Shown here piece after piece: positions 44,313 through 56,893 of a DNA stretch of 64,000 bases. This stretch comes from Schizochytrium sp. TIO01 (taxonomy: Eukaryota > Protista > Bigyra: Labyrinthulomycetes). Made by a program: the position numbers and the translations under genes. The stretch is from assembly GCA_004764695.1 (NCBI GenBank), contig SMSO01000031.1:8538761-8602760 (forward strand). The letters run 5' to 3'. Under the pieces are notes generated by a model. It did no database searches. It was not told the DNA's origin and saw nothing but the letters and a program-made list of their open reading frames with translations. The first letter of the stretch is position 1; each line of letters opens with the position of its first letter.

Positions 44313-46667
44313 ATGTCCAGTGACCTGCGTGAGCTGATTGCTCAAAGTCAGCCTTCTGTTGTTTTGTCGCGCGCTCGTGCTTCGCTTCTGAGTCCTTCAA
44401 GGCCTAATACACCTCTGTTGGCAACGAGAAGTTTTGCAGACTCCCCAGAATGGGAGGCTAGTGCTGCCTTCGCCGGGAGTCGTAAGTCAAACCTATTAGG
44501 AGGCAAACGCGTTAGTACGACTACAATCAACACAAAATTGTCTGAGTATTCTGCACTGACACCTGCAGAAACTCGAGCAGATATTCAATCTGGAGAAAAT
44601 GAGTCAGCATCAAAGCCTTCAAATAGGGCCTGTAATGCACAAAGACCAGACGTGGATGCCTCTGCAGTTGAGCAAAAGACCTTCTCAAGTCATCCCAGAG
44701 GCAGCAGCTATAGTACTTCTTCTGGTACTCTTATTGAAGATACAGGGCGCAACGCTCTTGCATCTTTAAAGAAGTCGGTCAATGACATGAAGCAGAATGC
44801 ATATCCACCTCCTTTAGACACATGGGACCAATTATCACAGGTATGTGCTCTTGCACGTACTAGCTCACAAGCGAAAGCGTTGGTAATGCTTTCTGTGGAA
44901 GAAATCTTACCTACTATTTTAGGATGTGTGAGCTCCCAAGACTTACCAGAGAGTGCACGGCTATGTGCTGCTCGAATGATTGCATGTGCCTGCGAGATTC
45001 CTTCTTTTGTGGAGTATTTTGTAAACTATGTTGAAGAGATGGCACGAATCGTCTGTGCTTTGGCTTTGGAAGCGACGCAAGATGATCTCTTTCGGACGAG
45101 CCAGCTGCTAGAAAGCCTTGTACAGTTCGTTGTACCAGCTTGTGCAGATAGGGTTCGCGACGACGAACAAGCTGCACAAACTCTTCGCTTTGTTGCGTGC
45201 ACTATGAAGAATATATGTTCCGAAAACGAAGAGAATAGAGCAGCTCTTGCTCAATATGGCTCAATTAGTCTCCTCTCTAAAGTTATTCAAATCGCCGGTG
45301 CAGCATTAGAAGATCATCAGCTTCACTCTGAACCTGAAGGAAAGTTTGGTTGTAAGGAAACTTCTAAAAACCCATCGTCTATAGACACATTGTGCCAAGT
45401 AATTACAGAAGCTACAGCAATATTACGTTGCCTCGTTGATGACAAACGTCGCTTACCGCAGTTTACCTCCTCTAAAGTAGCTGCAGGACTATGTAAGTGT
45501 TTGCAAAACAATCTAAGTTCGGATGCTCTTATCCTCAACTGTTCCAGAGTATTGTCCAGGTTATCAGTGTCAAAGCGAGCGAGAGAAACAATTGACGTGG
45601 GGTCACTTGTTTATGCTCTTGCAGATATTTATACGACACAGCTTCCAGCCTCCATCCGACTATGTTTTGCTTTAGGAAATCTTACTACAGATACACCTGG
45701 CGCAAGAACTCAAGTTGCATCTGCTCTTGACCATGGAGGTCTTATGGCAATCGTGAGAATCTTTGACTACCATACAAAGTTGTATTTGAAAATTACCCAT
45801 GAAACATCGACTAGTAAAGCCAAACGTGAGCAAAAGGAGTGTGAAGACCTACTCATTAAGATTGTACGACTTGTGGCTAACTTATCAATCGAGGAACCAC
45901 TTGGAAAACGCCTTATTGTGGATTGCAAGGTAAATCAAGCTGTTGTAACCCTCCTTCAAGCTTTGTTAAGAGACCACACACAGGAGTTATCAGTCAAGCA
46001 AGAGGAGCTCGCTCTTAATCTTGTAGCTTGCGCGACAAATCTGAGCTATTATTCCACCATTGTTAATGCATCGGAGCTTAAGACTCTTCCTTTGTTTGGC
46101 AAGGATATGATTCGATCATTCATACCATTTCTTTTTGCAGAAAACGCAGAGGCAGTGCATGAGGCCGTACGTGCATTTGCAAATTTTTCACGACTTGAAA
46201 TAATGCGCGAAGTCATGTTAGAGTGTCGAGCATGTGAAGCAATTATTTTGCTTTTAGGGCATAGTGACCGTGAAGTAGTCCTTTCAGCATGCGGAGCTCT
46301 CACAAATTTAGTCGCTGATAACCAAGTTTGTGAACTGTTAGAGGGCCTCGATGGTGCCTCAACACTTGTAGGAAGGCTGCGCCAAGGTGGAGTTTCAGAC
46401 CCAGAACTTTCACTACGTTGCGCAATGGTTTTGTACAACATTGGAAGATGTAACCCGAAGACAATACAATTGCAACAAAAACGTTTGCTAGAAACATTAG
46501 AGCAGCTTGTTGAAGTTGCGCGTGAGTTAGCTTTTGAAGCAAAGGATTTAAAGGAAGTTGGGTCATATGGCCGTGCTAATCGAGAGGGAAAACATCAGGA
46601 TGATGAGTTTTTGTTGGAGTTCGCCGAAGTTGGAGGTAATCTACACGCTCTTTGCAAGAGTTTCTAA
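44313..46667 (+). CDS. ARMC2: Armadillo repeat protein ARMC2-like (PF27)
   Basis: Disordered N-terminus (SRPNTP) then ARM repeats with ARMC2-type motifs: LNCSRVLSRLS, RLCFALGNLT, LLIKIVRLVANLSI, EELALN...NLSYY, EAVRAFANFSR, LLLGHSDREVVLSACGALTNL. Confidence 0.8.
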   Translation: MSSDLRELIAQSQPSVVLSRARASLLSPSRPNTPLLATRSFADSPEWEASAAFAGSRKSNLLGGKRVSTTTINTKLSEYSALTPAETRADIQSGENESASKPSNRACNAQRPDVDASAVEQKTFSSHPRGSSYSTSSGTLIEDTGRNALASLKKSVNDMKQNAYPPPLDTWDQLSQVCALARTSSQAKALVMLSVEEILPTILGCVSSQDLPESARLCAARMIACACEIPSFVEYFVNYVEEMARIVCALALEATQDDLFRTSQLLESLVQFVVPACADRVRDDEQAAQTLRFVACTMKNICSENEENRAALAQYGSISLLSKVIQIAGAALEDHQLHSEPEGKFGCKETSKNPSSIDTLCQVITEATAILRCLVDDKRRLPQFTSSKVAAGLCKCLQNNLSSDALILNCSRVLSRLSVSKRARETIDVGSLVYALADIYTTQLPASIRLCFALGNLTTDTPGARTQVASALDHGGLMAIVRIFDYHTKLYLKITHETSTSKAKREQKECEDLLIKIVRLVANLSIEEPLGKRLIVDCKVNQAVVTLLQALLRDHTQELSVKQEELALNLVACATNLSYYSTIVNASELKTLPLFGKDMIRSFIPFLFAENAEAVHEAVRAFANFSRLEIMREVMLECRACEAIILLLGHSDREVVLSACGALTNLVADNQVCELLEGLDGASTLVGRLRQGGVSDPELSLRCAMVLYNIGRCNPKTIQLQQKRLLETLEQLVEVARELAFEAKDLKEVGSYGRANREGKHQDDEFLLEFAEVGGNLHALCKSF

Positions 46668-46946
46668 TTCTGAACTGCTCGTTCTTTTAGTCTTCATTAT
46701 AAGTAAAGTATCATTTTGCGCACTTCGGTGATGTGACCCATTCCCTTTCTCTTCAACCTTTTGCTTCCTTTTTATTTTGAAAATATCAAAAAAATTAAAT
46801 AATAAATAATAAAACAGGAAATAATTCATCCGTGTGACGCCTTCCATAGCACTTGGTACGCTTCTTAAGTTAAATCCTAAATATTGCATTTCCGTCTTTT
46901 TTTTTTAAATAATCTGACTTTAGGTAGGTTGTCAAGGTCAAGTAAT

Positions 46947-48455
46947 TTAACCTTTTCCCTCATTCTCGCAAATTGACGTTGTGTATGTATCAGTATACGA
47001 GTTTTGGATTGCTTGAAACACATGCTGGGTTTGTATTGCAAACGATGCACGCTCCTCGTACGCTTTTTCAAACGAACCTCGCAGTAGAGCAAGCGTTTTC
47101 AGTTGATCCTGCACACATGCTTGCTGTCTAGCTAAACCCTGTGCTATGGCATCGCGTTCAACCTGTAACCAGTGAATCTCCTCTTGCATCGAAGATTCAT
47201 TTTTCTTATATTTATCAGTTTTGCTTCGTAAGACCTGGAGCTCTGTTAATAAAATTAGCTGCGCCTCATTAGTAGATGAGCTTTCCCTCCAGATTGAGCT
47301 CATATGATCAAATGAGTCTTTCAGTTTTTGTATTGTCACGGGATCATATAGACGCGCTGAATTTGCTTCAGGCAGCGTTAGAAATTTATCTAAGCGACGC
47401 TCAAGGCGTTTCGAGACACATTGTAGCTGCTTAATCTCTTCTGCGTGTAGCAATTCTTGTTGGTGCAAGCGTTGGCAGAGCTCGCCTCTCTCTACAACCC
47501 ATGACTTTCTTTCTTGGTCAATTTGCGTCTGAAGACGTGCCATTGCATCTCGATCTGCAGCGAGCATTCCACGCAGAAGATCATCAGATTTGCGAAGTGA
47601 TTCCACTTCTTCCGACCATTGACCATTTTCGTTTTCGACATCAACAAGAGTTCTAAAGTCTTGACTTCCATTATCTTGACGCGGGGTTTGTAAACCCAAG
47701 CCTAACGAAGCGGCTTCAGCTGCTTTCCCAACGTCCTCAAAGCAATTATGTACTTGGGCAATAAAATCTGAATGTTGCTGGAGTCTCCCTTGCAAAGCCG
47801 TCTCTGCAAACTTTAAAGACTTTCGAAGATCCGCAATAGTGTCTGATTTTTCACAGCAGTACTTACACAATGAAGAAATGGAGTTATTGTGAGAATTGCT
47901 GCCTCCTCGAAACGCATTTGAGGTACTCGATACAAGATTTTGGACACCGGACTCTAGGGCATCAAGCCGCGCTTGCCAAGAATCCTGTTTCGCAGACTCT
48001 TTTTGAACAAATGCTGCAAGTTGCTCCCGAAGGACGCTGCAGTGGGTTTCACTTTTTCTCAGAGCTGCACGTAAAGCTCGATTCTCTGTCTCCAGAGTGT
48101 CTAAACGCATATCTATCTCAGCCTCCAATACAACTTCTTGTGCTTTAAAACGTTGCCTCTGTGCTTGAATTTGATTTTGAGATCGTTTCGCATCTCGCTG
48201 AGCTGATTCCTTCATTATGTTAAGCCTATTGAGAGCATCTCGCTCGCGCGATTGGCTTGCCTCAACCATTGTAAGAACCTCCTTAAGAGACTCTTGGCTT
48301 TGTATCTCCTGCTTTGTGTTTAAGCGCATTTTGAGTTTTTCCTGCTGGCCAGAAAAGGCCTTTTTATTGTGTTTCATGCTTTCAGCATGGTTTTGGAGAG
48401 ACAGTGAAGTCGCTATACCCCCTATGTATGCAAATGCTTCAAACCCGTGCAACAA
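46947..48455 (-). CDS. Coiled-coil protein, function unknown (start uncertain; first ATG 48377)
   Basis: 1.5-kb open frame rich in Q/E/L heptads. Confidence 0.7.
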   Translation of the reverse strand: MLHGFEAFAYIGGIATSLSLQNHAESMKHNKKAFSGQQEKLKMRLNTKQEIQSQESLKEVLTMVEASQSRERDALNRLNIMKESAQRDAKRSQNQIQAQRQRFKAQEVVLEAEIDMRLDTLETENRALRAALRKSETHCSVLREQLAAFVQKESAKQDSWQARLDALESGVQNLVSSTSNAFRGGSNSHNNSISSLCKYCCEKSDTIADLRKSLKFAETALQGRLQQHSDFIAQVHNCFEDVGKAAEAASLGLGLQTPRQDNGSQDFRTLVDVENENGQWSEEVESLRKSDDLLRGMLAADRDAMARLQTQIDQERKSWVVERGELCQRLHQQELLHAEEIKQLQCVSKRLERRLDKFLTLPEANSARLYDPVTIQKLKDSFDHMSSIWRESSSTNEAQLILLTELQVLRSKTDKYKKNESSMQEEIHWLQVERDAIAQGLARQQACVQDQLKTLALLRGSFEKAYEERASFAIQTQHVFQAIQNSYTDTYTTSICENEGKG

Positions 48456-51344
48456 CTGGCTGCTTGCAACTCGAACTTAGAAGTTTTGTTTACTTTTATT
48501 GCATTCCCATCTCATACATTAGCAACAGGCATCATGTTTAATAGCTTAACGGTACCTTTTCTTAGCCCTTATAGCCTTTATAGCCCCCTTACTATACTTC
48601 CTAGGTACCTAGATACTACAAACAAAAATTATTTGCTGATCCTATTACGACTAGAAGAAAGTATGATTGACTACTTTAGAATTAGGATGACATCAGTTTG
48701 AAGAGGAGGCAAACGTCCTTCAAATACATTTGCAACCTACTATATCTCAAGTTGTTGAAAAGCAGTGCCCCGAATGATAAGATTTATAGCGAGAATAACT
48801 ACAGTGAGTCCTTCTACTAAGGGCGAGAAAAAAAAAGACATGTTTATATACTCCTCATTTGTGGAGGATCTGTATATGCTTAATAACGACAGCAATTCAA
48901 CAGATTTTGTTGCAATGGAATTTGAAGTGTTATCTTTGCAATATAAACAAGTTAGAAATTTTACTTAGAATATTAGAACAACCCAAAACAAACCTTTGCG
49001 TGAATTTGAAAGGCTTAGGCACTTCTCAGTGTTTATAGTCCTCACTAATCAGCAAAATGGGAGCTCGCACCGCATGGCCAACCCAATCAGACTCCCTGAT
49101 GTAAACTACTCTACTCTATCATATAGCGAAAATATCCTCTTCTTAGCGCCCTTTGCTCGATACCCAAATTCCATTAGTTACCTCATGATTATGTTTTATT
49201 TGATGTAGCAGAGTTACGCATATTCATGTTGAGTCCAACTTTTCGCCCTATGGAGGAATCTCGAAACTTGATTGTCTTCTTCTCTTAACTTTCCAAGACA
49301 CTTAGAGAAAACCTTTGTCTAATCAACAGAAAAAGGATAAGAGTGATTTCAAAGTAGATAAAGACAAAATGTCCTGGTCGGAGGTCAGCATTGCCCGAAA
49401 GTCCAGCCTTTTCTTATAGAAGCTTCTCAAATTGCTTCCTGTTGGAACTGCTTTTGTCACATGGTACTTAAGCCAAGCATCGGATTAAACTGGTCGAACT
49501 TGGAGCTATTGAGCCGAAACACGATGCTTGGAAACACAGCAGAAGGCTCACGCGAATACCATAATGTTACCTAAAAGAAGGTTTCATCGTCTCACGCCCT
49601 GGCACACGCGCAAACATTTTTCTTTTTCGCGTGAAAGCATTTGTTCTACCGGTTGTTCACAAGTCTTCCTGCAGCCTGGGAAAGTATTTGTTGGGTTTAC
49701 GAGTGTGGTTTGAGTCTTCTCGCTCATGGACTCATCAGATTGTAGATGCCTAGCAGCTCTTATATGATACCTTCCTTTTTGCATAAAATCCATTTTTTAT
49801 TTTTAAACAAACAAACAAACAAACAAATAAACAAACAAGCACATGAACATGATGTAGCGTGTAATATATTTTAGTGCAACTTTATGTGTTGCCGAAACCA
49901 TATGTTGTATATTAGTAAGGACTTGGAGAGTTTCCAAGTCTCTCAAATTAGATTGCTCGTTGAAGAATTCCTCATTCTTAGATGATGGCAACTTTTTTTC
50001 TTTGAAATTACGTCACTTGGAATTGCGACAGCTATTTGCAACCACTAGGTCAATTCATGTAAACACTTATAGTCAATTATAAAGAGTCGCCTACTTACGT
50101 GCATGACTAACAAAATATTTTTTTGTGCCTTTTGAAAGTCTTATTTATACCTCTAACCATAATATAGTGCTAGTATACAACATGGAGAAATCCTAAGAGA
50201 TCCGTTGAATGACAAACACGATTCTCGGTTTCCCGTCTGATGGATGACTAAATAGTATGAACGAACGTGAGGAGAACACGTGATGAGCTACTATATATAT
50301 TAAAAGCCCATCCAGCGTGGAGATATTGCTTCGTGAAATGCGTTGCTTTTGAAAGAACTTTCCCAGATGAACGAACGAATGAAGACACAATCAACTTTGT
50401 TCATCACAGAAAATAGATGTAGAATAAGAGTTAGTAGCCTTAATAGGAGTGCTCAAAATATGTTTGCAGCTGGCATGTTAAACAACTTATTGGCTATATA
50501 GAAGCAGATTCGCGGACTACTGCTTCTAGGAAAAGCAAACCAAAGCCATCCCCTCTGTTTCAGAGGTCTTATCGCAATGTTTTCAAAGCAAGAAACTAAC
50601 GCTATGAAGAAAGGTTGAATTTACAAGACCCTGTAAGGAAGCTTTTATGAAAGAGATAAACCTGTGAACCGTGGCAGCCCCACCAAAAAAATGGATTTTT
50701 ATTTCCTCTTATGAGAAGTTTAGCCGGCGTCTGTTATTTCCTAATGTACACAACATGTCGATTTTGATATAATTTGGTATTACTCTTTGCATATATACAG
50801 AGACCTTCCATACGACAAATCTGTCGGGCGCTTTTTGCCAAATATGTTTCTTCATTGCGGGCGTCTGGCTTTTCACCAGAAACCTGAATGGTAATCGAAT
50901 TCACAAACAAACTGCGATGACGACAATGCCCAGTGTACATTTAAGTGATCATGTGAAAAAGCTTCGTTGCTTCTAGATTCAGCCGTACGCTTCATGAGCG
51001 GAAATGAAGAGCCCGCCAAAATGGATTCCCAGGAAGAATGATGTCCTGGTCAAGCGTTTCACAAGTCTGACATTTTAGGGTATATATGTTTCCTCAGGAT
51101 TCCTTGCGACGATCATTTGCAGCAAACCCGAATTGTCAAGTATCTCAGAGACGACCTGAGAGTCATAAGCCGTTTTGGATTCTGCTAGGTTTTTGCTTGT
51201 ATAGGGTCCCAATACTGAAAGGTATCGAGATTACAAATATAGCAAGGAGTAGCTGGCTGTAGTTGGCTCTGGAGAGAGTTGACGAGACAAAGGCTGTTGT
51301 TTCACAGGCCTTAATTTTTGGTTGCATTTTTCGATCTAGTTGAA

Positions 51345-52211
51345 ATGGAGGTTCTTCAAGAGGGGCGTTTTGCCCGCGTGATTCGCTCCAAATCGCCAAA
51401 CTCTGGGGAAGTTGTTGCTGTGAAACTATACAATGAAAGTAAGCGTGCTCTTTCTGAAGCTGCTGTTGAGATCGAAGTTCTTGAGCGCCTGACTCATTCG
51501 GACATTGCGCCATGCCGTTTCATCATCCAGTTAAAATATGTTCGGAAACTCGAAGGTTCTTGCTCTTCTGCAGTAGCTCTTGAATTGTGCGATGGAGGTG
51601 ACTTGTACGACCTCATGCACACCGTTCAACTAGGACACCAAGATGCTCTTCGGTATTGTGCTGAAATTGCGATTGCCCTGGAACATTTGAGGCTTCATAA
51701 TATTATTCATGGCGACCTAAAGCCAGAAAACATTGGTGTAACTTCTCGCGGCCATCTTCGTTTGTTAGACTTTGGTTGCTCATCCATTGTTAGTGCTGAG
51801 AATCCTCGTGCCATGCAGACATCTGGTACATTAGAGTACACTTGCCCCGAAAAACTATTCCGTAAAGCTGCAAGCTTTGAAGCTGACTGGTGGAGTTTGG
51901 GTGTAATTCTATATGAAATGATATTTGATGCACAACCATGGACATCTCCTACTCCGCAACGTACAGCACAAAAAATATGTGAAGACCCAGTTCCATTTCC
52001 TCGTGCAGATGCGAATGACCATGTGAGCACTGGTATTATTCAAGCCATATCTCTTTTATTGCGAAAGAAACGTAAACATCGTTTAAGCTGTCTTGCCGAG
52101 CTCCGTTCGACTGCCGTCTTTGGACGTCTCCGGTGGGAGCAGCTATTACATGAGGATTGGATTCCCCCCGTATTTCATGGAGCTCGTGAGCACGAGGAAT
52201 CCAAGCAATGA
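51345..52211 (+). CDS. AGC-like non-RD Ser/Thr kinase; family member K2
   Basis: LQEGRFARV, VAVK, alphaC Glu, ELCDGGDL, HGDLKPENIGVT, DFG, GTLEYTCPE, DWWSLGVILYEM; first ATG at 51345. Confidence 0.88.
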   Translation: MEVLQEGRFARVIRSKSPNSGEVVAVKLYNESKRALSEAAVEIEVLERLTHSDIAPCRFIIQLKYVRKLEGSCSSAVALELCDGGDLYDLMHTVQLGHQDALRYCAEIAIALEHLRLHNIIHGDLKPENIGVTSRGHLRLLDFGCSSIVSAENPRAMQTSGTLEYTCPEKLFRKAASFEADWWSLGVILYEMIFDAQPWTSPTPQRTAQKICEDPVPFPRADANDHVSTGIIQAISLLLRKKRKHRLSCLAELRSTAVFGRLRWEQLLHEDWIPPVFHGAREHEESKQ

Positions 52212-54515
52212 TTTTTGTTCTCGTATATTATATATAGATTGTTATAGGTTATTGTACATAAGATATGCTTAGATTTGAATTGAAAACGGAGTTGTACTTA
52301 TTTCTTTGCTTATACGAAGTTGTGGTTAAAAAAACGTTTACTCTTTGATAAGTACACAGAACGAGGGTTTAAAGTAAGAGACAACTTTAAGTTAAATTGG
52401 AAACGAAACTTGAAGAAGTTGAATATTTTATTAATTTCTTTCTAGAACGTTGATATTATTAGAAGGGTTCTTGATTCTTTGTAATAGTAGAATGATTTGT
52501 TTCAGCATGTACATGATATTTGGGAGGACTCAAGCTCCGAAGATTTGATTTCTCGAACGAAAATTTAAAGCATTTATCGAAGAAAAGTTTGCAATTGGAT
52601 CAATATTTGAATTTATTTTACGAAGCTTTTGTTTCAAAATGTATTTTCCATGTGCGAAAATGTCTCGAACGCAAAAAACAGGGAAGAAGAACATCGTACA
52701 GCATACAATCAAGCAAAAACTAATGTAGATAGCACCAGCTTTCGAATGGTGAGGGTCTCTCTAAAATGATGTTTTTATAGAGTCTACCACTAGACAAAAT
52801 TAGTGATTCAAATTAACGATTGCTACCACAATATTTCTTCCCTCTATCGTTGATCAAACTGCTTACTTGGACCAAATTGCTTTTTTGTTCAAAAGTAGCC
52901 TTGTGGTTGGATTTTACGTATTCAATATCAAAGAAAAGGAATTGGCATATGTATCAGCGCTGACAGTTATCGAGCATTGACAGAGACTTAGTTCGACTCA
53001 GTGTAATAGAACATGAATCATGAGGAGTGTGTTTGTTGATTTTGTTGGAAGCGCTGGCACTTCGCTGGAAGCGCGCTAAAGCCTGCGAAAGCTGGGAACG
53101 TATTTATATAGCGTGGCGTATACAGATTTTTAAGGATGTCATCTAGCCTCTAGTTCTCTTCTTCATGTCCTGCGTAAGAAAATAAGTTATTGATAAAACT
53201 AAAATACAAGATGTTATCGTGACAGATAGGATGGATTTGAAATGATCTTGTGAGCGACACTATAAACGTTATGACACTATGAAATATAACAGATCATCAT
53301 ATTGGATTTAGAATCCATACTCTTTAGAAATCATTAGCGCACAAACAATAAGGTTGAAAACCTGTTATCAATGCAGGTAAAATCGCTTTGGTCAGGATGC
53401 ATTTATTATGTAAAGTATTCAAGTTCCCAACCTTGCATAGACCGAAGTGGCGTTTCTAAACAATCCATCGGACCGAGAATAACCCCGTCCAGCTCCCGAA
53501 TACTTTATTCTTTTGAGCCTATTTTCTTTACAAGTCCAATTCCTCCCCACAACATCACAAACAGTGAAAGCAACCAGCCTTTCATTCACACTTAAAATGC
53601 TTTGTAAAACCATTAACAAGTACAGTAGATTTGCAACGGGGAAGCAACTTAGGGAGAATGTTGCTTCTCATCATTTCTCGTATCTGCTTTGGGTCGATGT
53701 AGTGTGGGCGTTTCACGCTGGCACTCAAATCCATTGATCTCGTAATATAAACCAACCAACCCACTATCTCACTCGTACTGAATCATCTTTTTTTAAAAAT
53801 AAAAAATTAAACGATAATAAATTTATAGTTGTAATACTTTTCTAGTTGATACCCTATCTACGTAAACAGCGTAACAGGCTAAACGAGATTTGAGGGCTGG
53901 TCGAGCAAGAAAGCTGTATGCTCTCGAATGGACTCAGCAGGTAAATCATCATCTGAAGGGGTGAACTAAGACATAAATCTTAATGATTCATCTAAGTGTC
54001 TCTCTATGTTTGGAGAAACAAAAATAGAATTCGAAACGAAACACTCAGGTTGAGGAAACTACTTTAGAGGCCTTCACTGTTGGGAGGTGCACAGGATTGT
54101 CAAGAAGCTTTTGCCAACAATTAGAGCAGCTCCTTGGGGAAATAAATTTCTGAAACTTTAACACTGTAGGGAGCACCCAATTTCAAATTTCCTGCAGGCA
54201 CTGGTCCTCCATCTTCTTGGCAGAACCACACATAAAGCACTTCACCACTTCGGTTCTCCTCTTTCAACCTCGCAGTGATTCTTTTGTTTTGTTTTCTTAA
54301 TTAATTATATATATTTTAGTTAATAGGGCGCCCTATGTTCCTCTTAGCCTAATCGCCGTGTTTCCTTGTAAACAATAGTGTTTTGCATAACATTCAACTT
54401 GAGAAAGCTTTTACATTGCAACAAGCAAAGCAAACCCGCATCCAAGCTCAGATAGGGTCCAGGCAAACCTTGCATAGCATAAGCTAGATCACGCGGCGTG
54501 CGATTTTGAGATTTT

Positions 54516-55358
54516 ATGGCAAACTTGAAGAATGCCGATGAGGTCTTGTACCCATGGGTTGGACGTTCAACTTTACGACGCCGTGTTGAAAGACGAGACT
54601 CTCTGATTGCCACAGAGATATCAATATTAAACTCCCTTCAAGCTGCACAAAATGAATGCCAGTTTTTAATTCATTTCGAGCTAGCAAAAGGCGGGGACGG
54701 TAATCACATCACTGCAATGGAAATATGCCATGGTGGAACGTTGGACTTACTTATGAGCCAAAAGAGTCTAAAAGAGCCTGAATGTCTTATGTACTTTGCA
54801 GAGCTAGTTTTGGCTCTTGACCATCTGCGAAAGCATAGAATTGTGCATTGTGACCTTCGGCCAGACACCATCGGTCTGACCTCAAATGGGCACATCCGGG
54901 TGATGGATTTTGAATATGCTGTTCTTTGCCCTAAAGAATGGTGTCAAATTCAAGGAGAACCAGCGACAAATTGCATGTATGCTAGTCCCGAATTACTTCG
55001 AGATGGGAAAGTATGTCTTGCCTCTGATTGGTGGAGCCTTGGCGTTATATTGTACGAAATGCTGTTTGATACTTTGCCTTGGTATGCTAAAGATGTGAAG
55101 GAGCTGACAACCAAAATTTGTAACGAACCTCCAACGGATGCTCGATCTGAAACTTTACGCACGACTTCCTCCAAGAAACTTGTGCGAGATCTACTCCGCA
55201 AAGATCCTCTAAGTCGTTTACAAGACCTTGAAGAAGTCACTTTCGTGAGCGTTTTTAAAAACTTAGACTGGAATGCAGTAAGAGAGGAAAGTTGGTCCCC
55301 TGCTACTCGTAGGAAGTCAAGAATGGGTACTAGCAAATATCAGAGCTCGACTTGCTAA
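54516..55358 (+). CDS. AGC-like pseudokinase; family member K3
   Basis: C-lobe intact (YASPE, DWWSLGVILYEM, LLRKDPLSRL). No Gly-rich loop or VAIK Lys, HCDLRPDT instead of HRDLKPEN, DFE instead of DFG. Confidence 0.82.
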   Translation: MANLKNADEVLYPWVGRSTLRRRVERRDSLIATEISILNSLQAAQNECQFLIHFELAKGGDGNHITAMEICHGGTLDLLMSQKSLKEPECLMYFAELVLALDHLRKHRIVHCDLRPDTIGLTSNGHIRVMDFEYAVLCPKEWCQIQGEPATNCMYASPELLRDGKVCLASDWWSLGVILYEMLFDTLPWYAKDVKELTTKICNEPPTDARSETLRTTSSKKLVRDLLRKDPLSRLQDLEEVTFVSVFKNLDWNAVREESWSPATRRKSRMGTSKYQSSTC

Positions 55359-56893
55359 TAATGGGGGTAAAAATCATTACTTATAATCTATGGAAGAGGC
55401 TTCTCGAGAATACGTGTATGAGTAAAATCGATACTATTTTCTGAATACTCTTTCTGTATGTTGTTAAGGATTGACATACTATGCTGCCTGATCTTCACAT
55501 ATATTCCAACCATATGAATTTCTATGTACTTAAAAATCCAAACAGTTAAGTTAATACAATATAATAGAAGCTTTATTCGCAGAAATACATCACTTTTGTT
55601 GGTGACAGGAAGACTTATCAACATCAAGATATTCATTTTGATTTGTAAACAGAATGTCACCTTGAAAGTTTTAAAACCTGGATGTTCATGCCTCCATAAT
55701 GTAATTGCGGAAAGGTCATGGTTGAGAATCAAGGTATGCCGATTTTCAACAACCGCCCGATAATTACATTAGCTTTCTCGGAGAAGGATTGTAGCTGCGT
55801 TGTTTAATGACCATAGTTGTTAGGGAATGACTGCGTTGAAACCTTCATTGTTTTTGTGCAAATAGCGACAACGTTTGCCACTTACTATGGTAAAGTATAT
55901 TCGGATTTTTGTTTTGTTTGTGCATGTTTCAAACATGGAACATTTGATCAAACTGAAAATAGTGCCAACACCTCTGTATGCCATATTCAGTGTATATTTA
56001 TCCCATCTCCGATTGTCTGTTGTTGAGCAATTTCGAGCATGGGTTATGTCCTATTTCCTATGAATCGGGGAGCTTCCCCAAGGTCAGCAAATCATGAACT
56101 TGGCAAGGCTGAATATGCGATGCCTTCTTAAATTTTATCATGCATCTCAGCATCTTCCCAGTCAAGCTCTGGCTGATCAGGGGTTAGCTTTGAGTAGTAT
56201 TGAATGTACCCAGATGTACGCCTTCAGGGGATAAGGTATGTTAAGCGCTGAGGTTTGCGGTAAAATCAGCTGGAGAGTTAGTGACAAGATGAAGAACGTG
56301 TGTTTAACGCTTGAAGAAGATTTGGAAAGACTGTCGTTGGATTGTCTAAACTTGGGTTTTTAGCCCTAGCACTTTGCTGAACCTGCGAGGTAATTAGTAA
56401 TATGGAGTGATTCGTATCGTCTTTAGTACACGACGATCCCTTGCCCTATAGGCTATTTTTTTGTTGGATTGTTTATCTCTAGAGTCTTGCGAATAATTTA
56501 TCATTTAAAGTTTCTCCTAATTTTTAAATTCTTTTGGAGATTTCTATGAACTCTCGTAATCTTGTTTGGCTCCAGAAATTCTTCTTCGAGTGTTCTACAG
56601 TTCCGCGTAAGCATGTCTTTGTTGTCCTTCAGATGAGAGAGTGGCACACTAAGGAATATCACGATGCCAAGTATACCATCGATTGATTGTGACAATAGAC
56701 ACTGGAAGAAGGGTGGATGAATGATAAAAAATGAAAATAAATGGCGATTGAGGAAAATGTTAAACTGAAAATATATTACGTGCATATAAATGTAGTGATG
56801 TGTATGATAATAGTGTCACAGGAGTTTTACCTCAACAACAAGTGTTGGGAAGGTTAAATGGAATCATAATTATACACAACTAAGCACGAGGAT

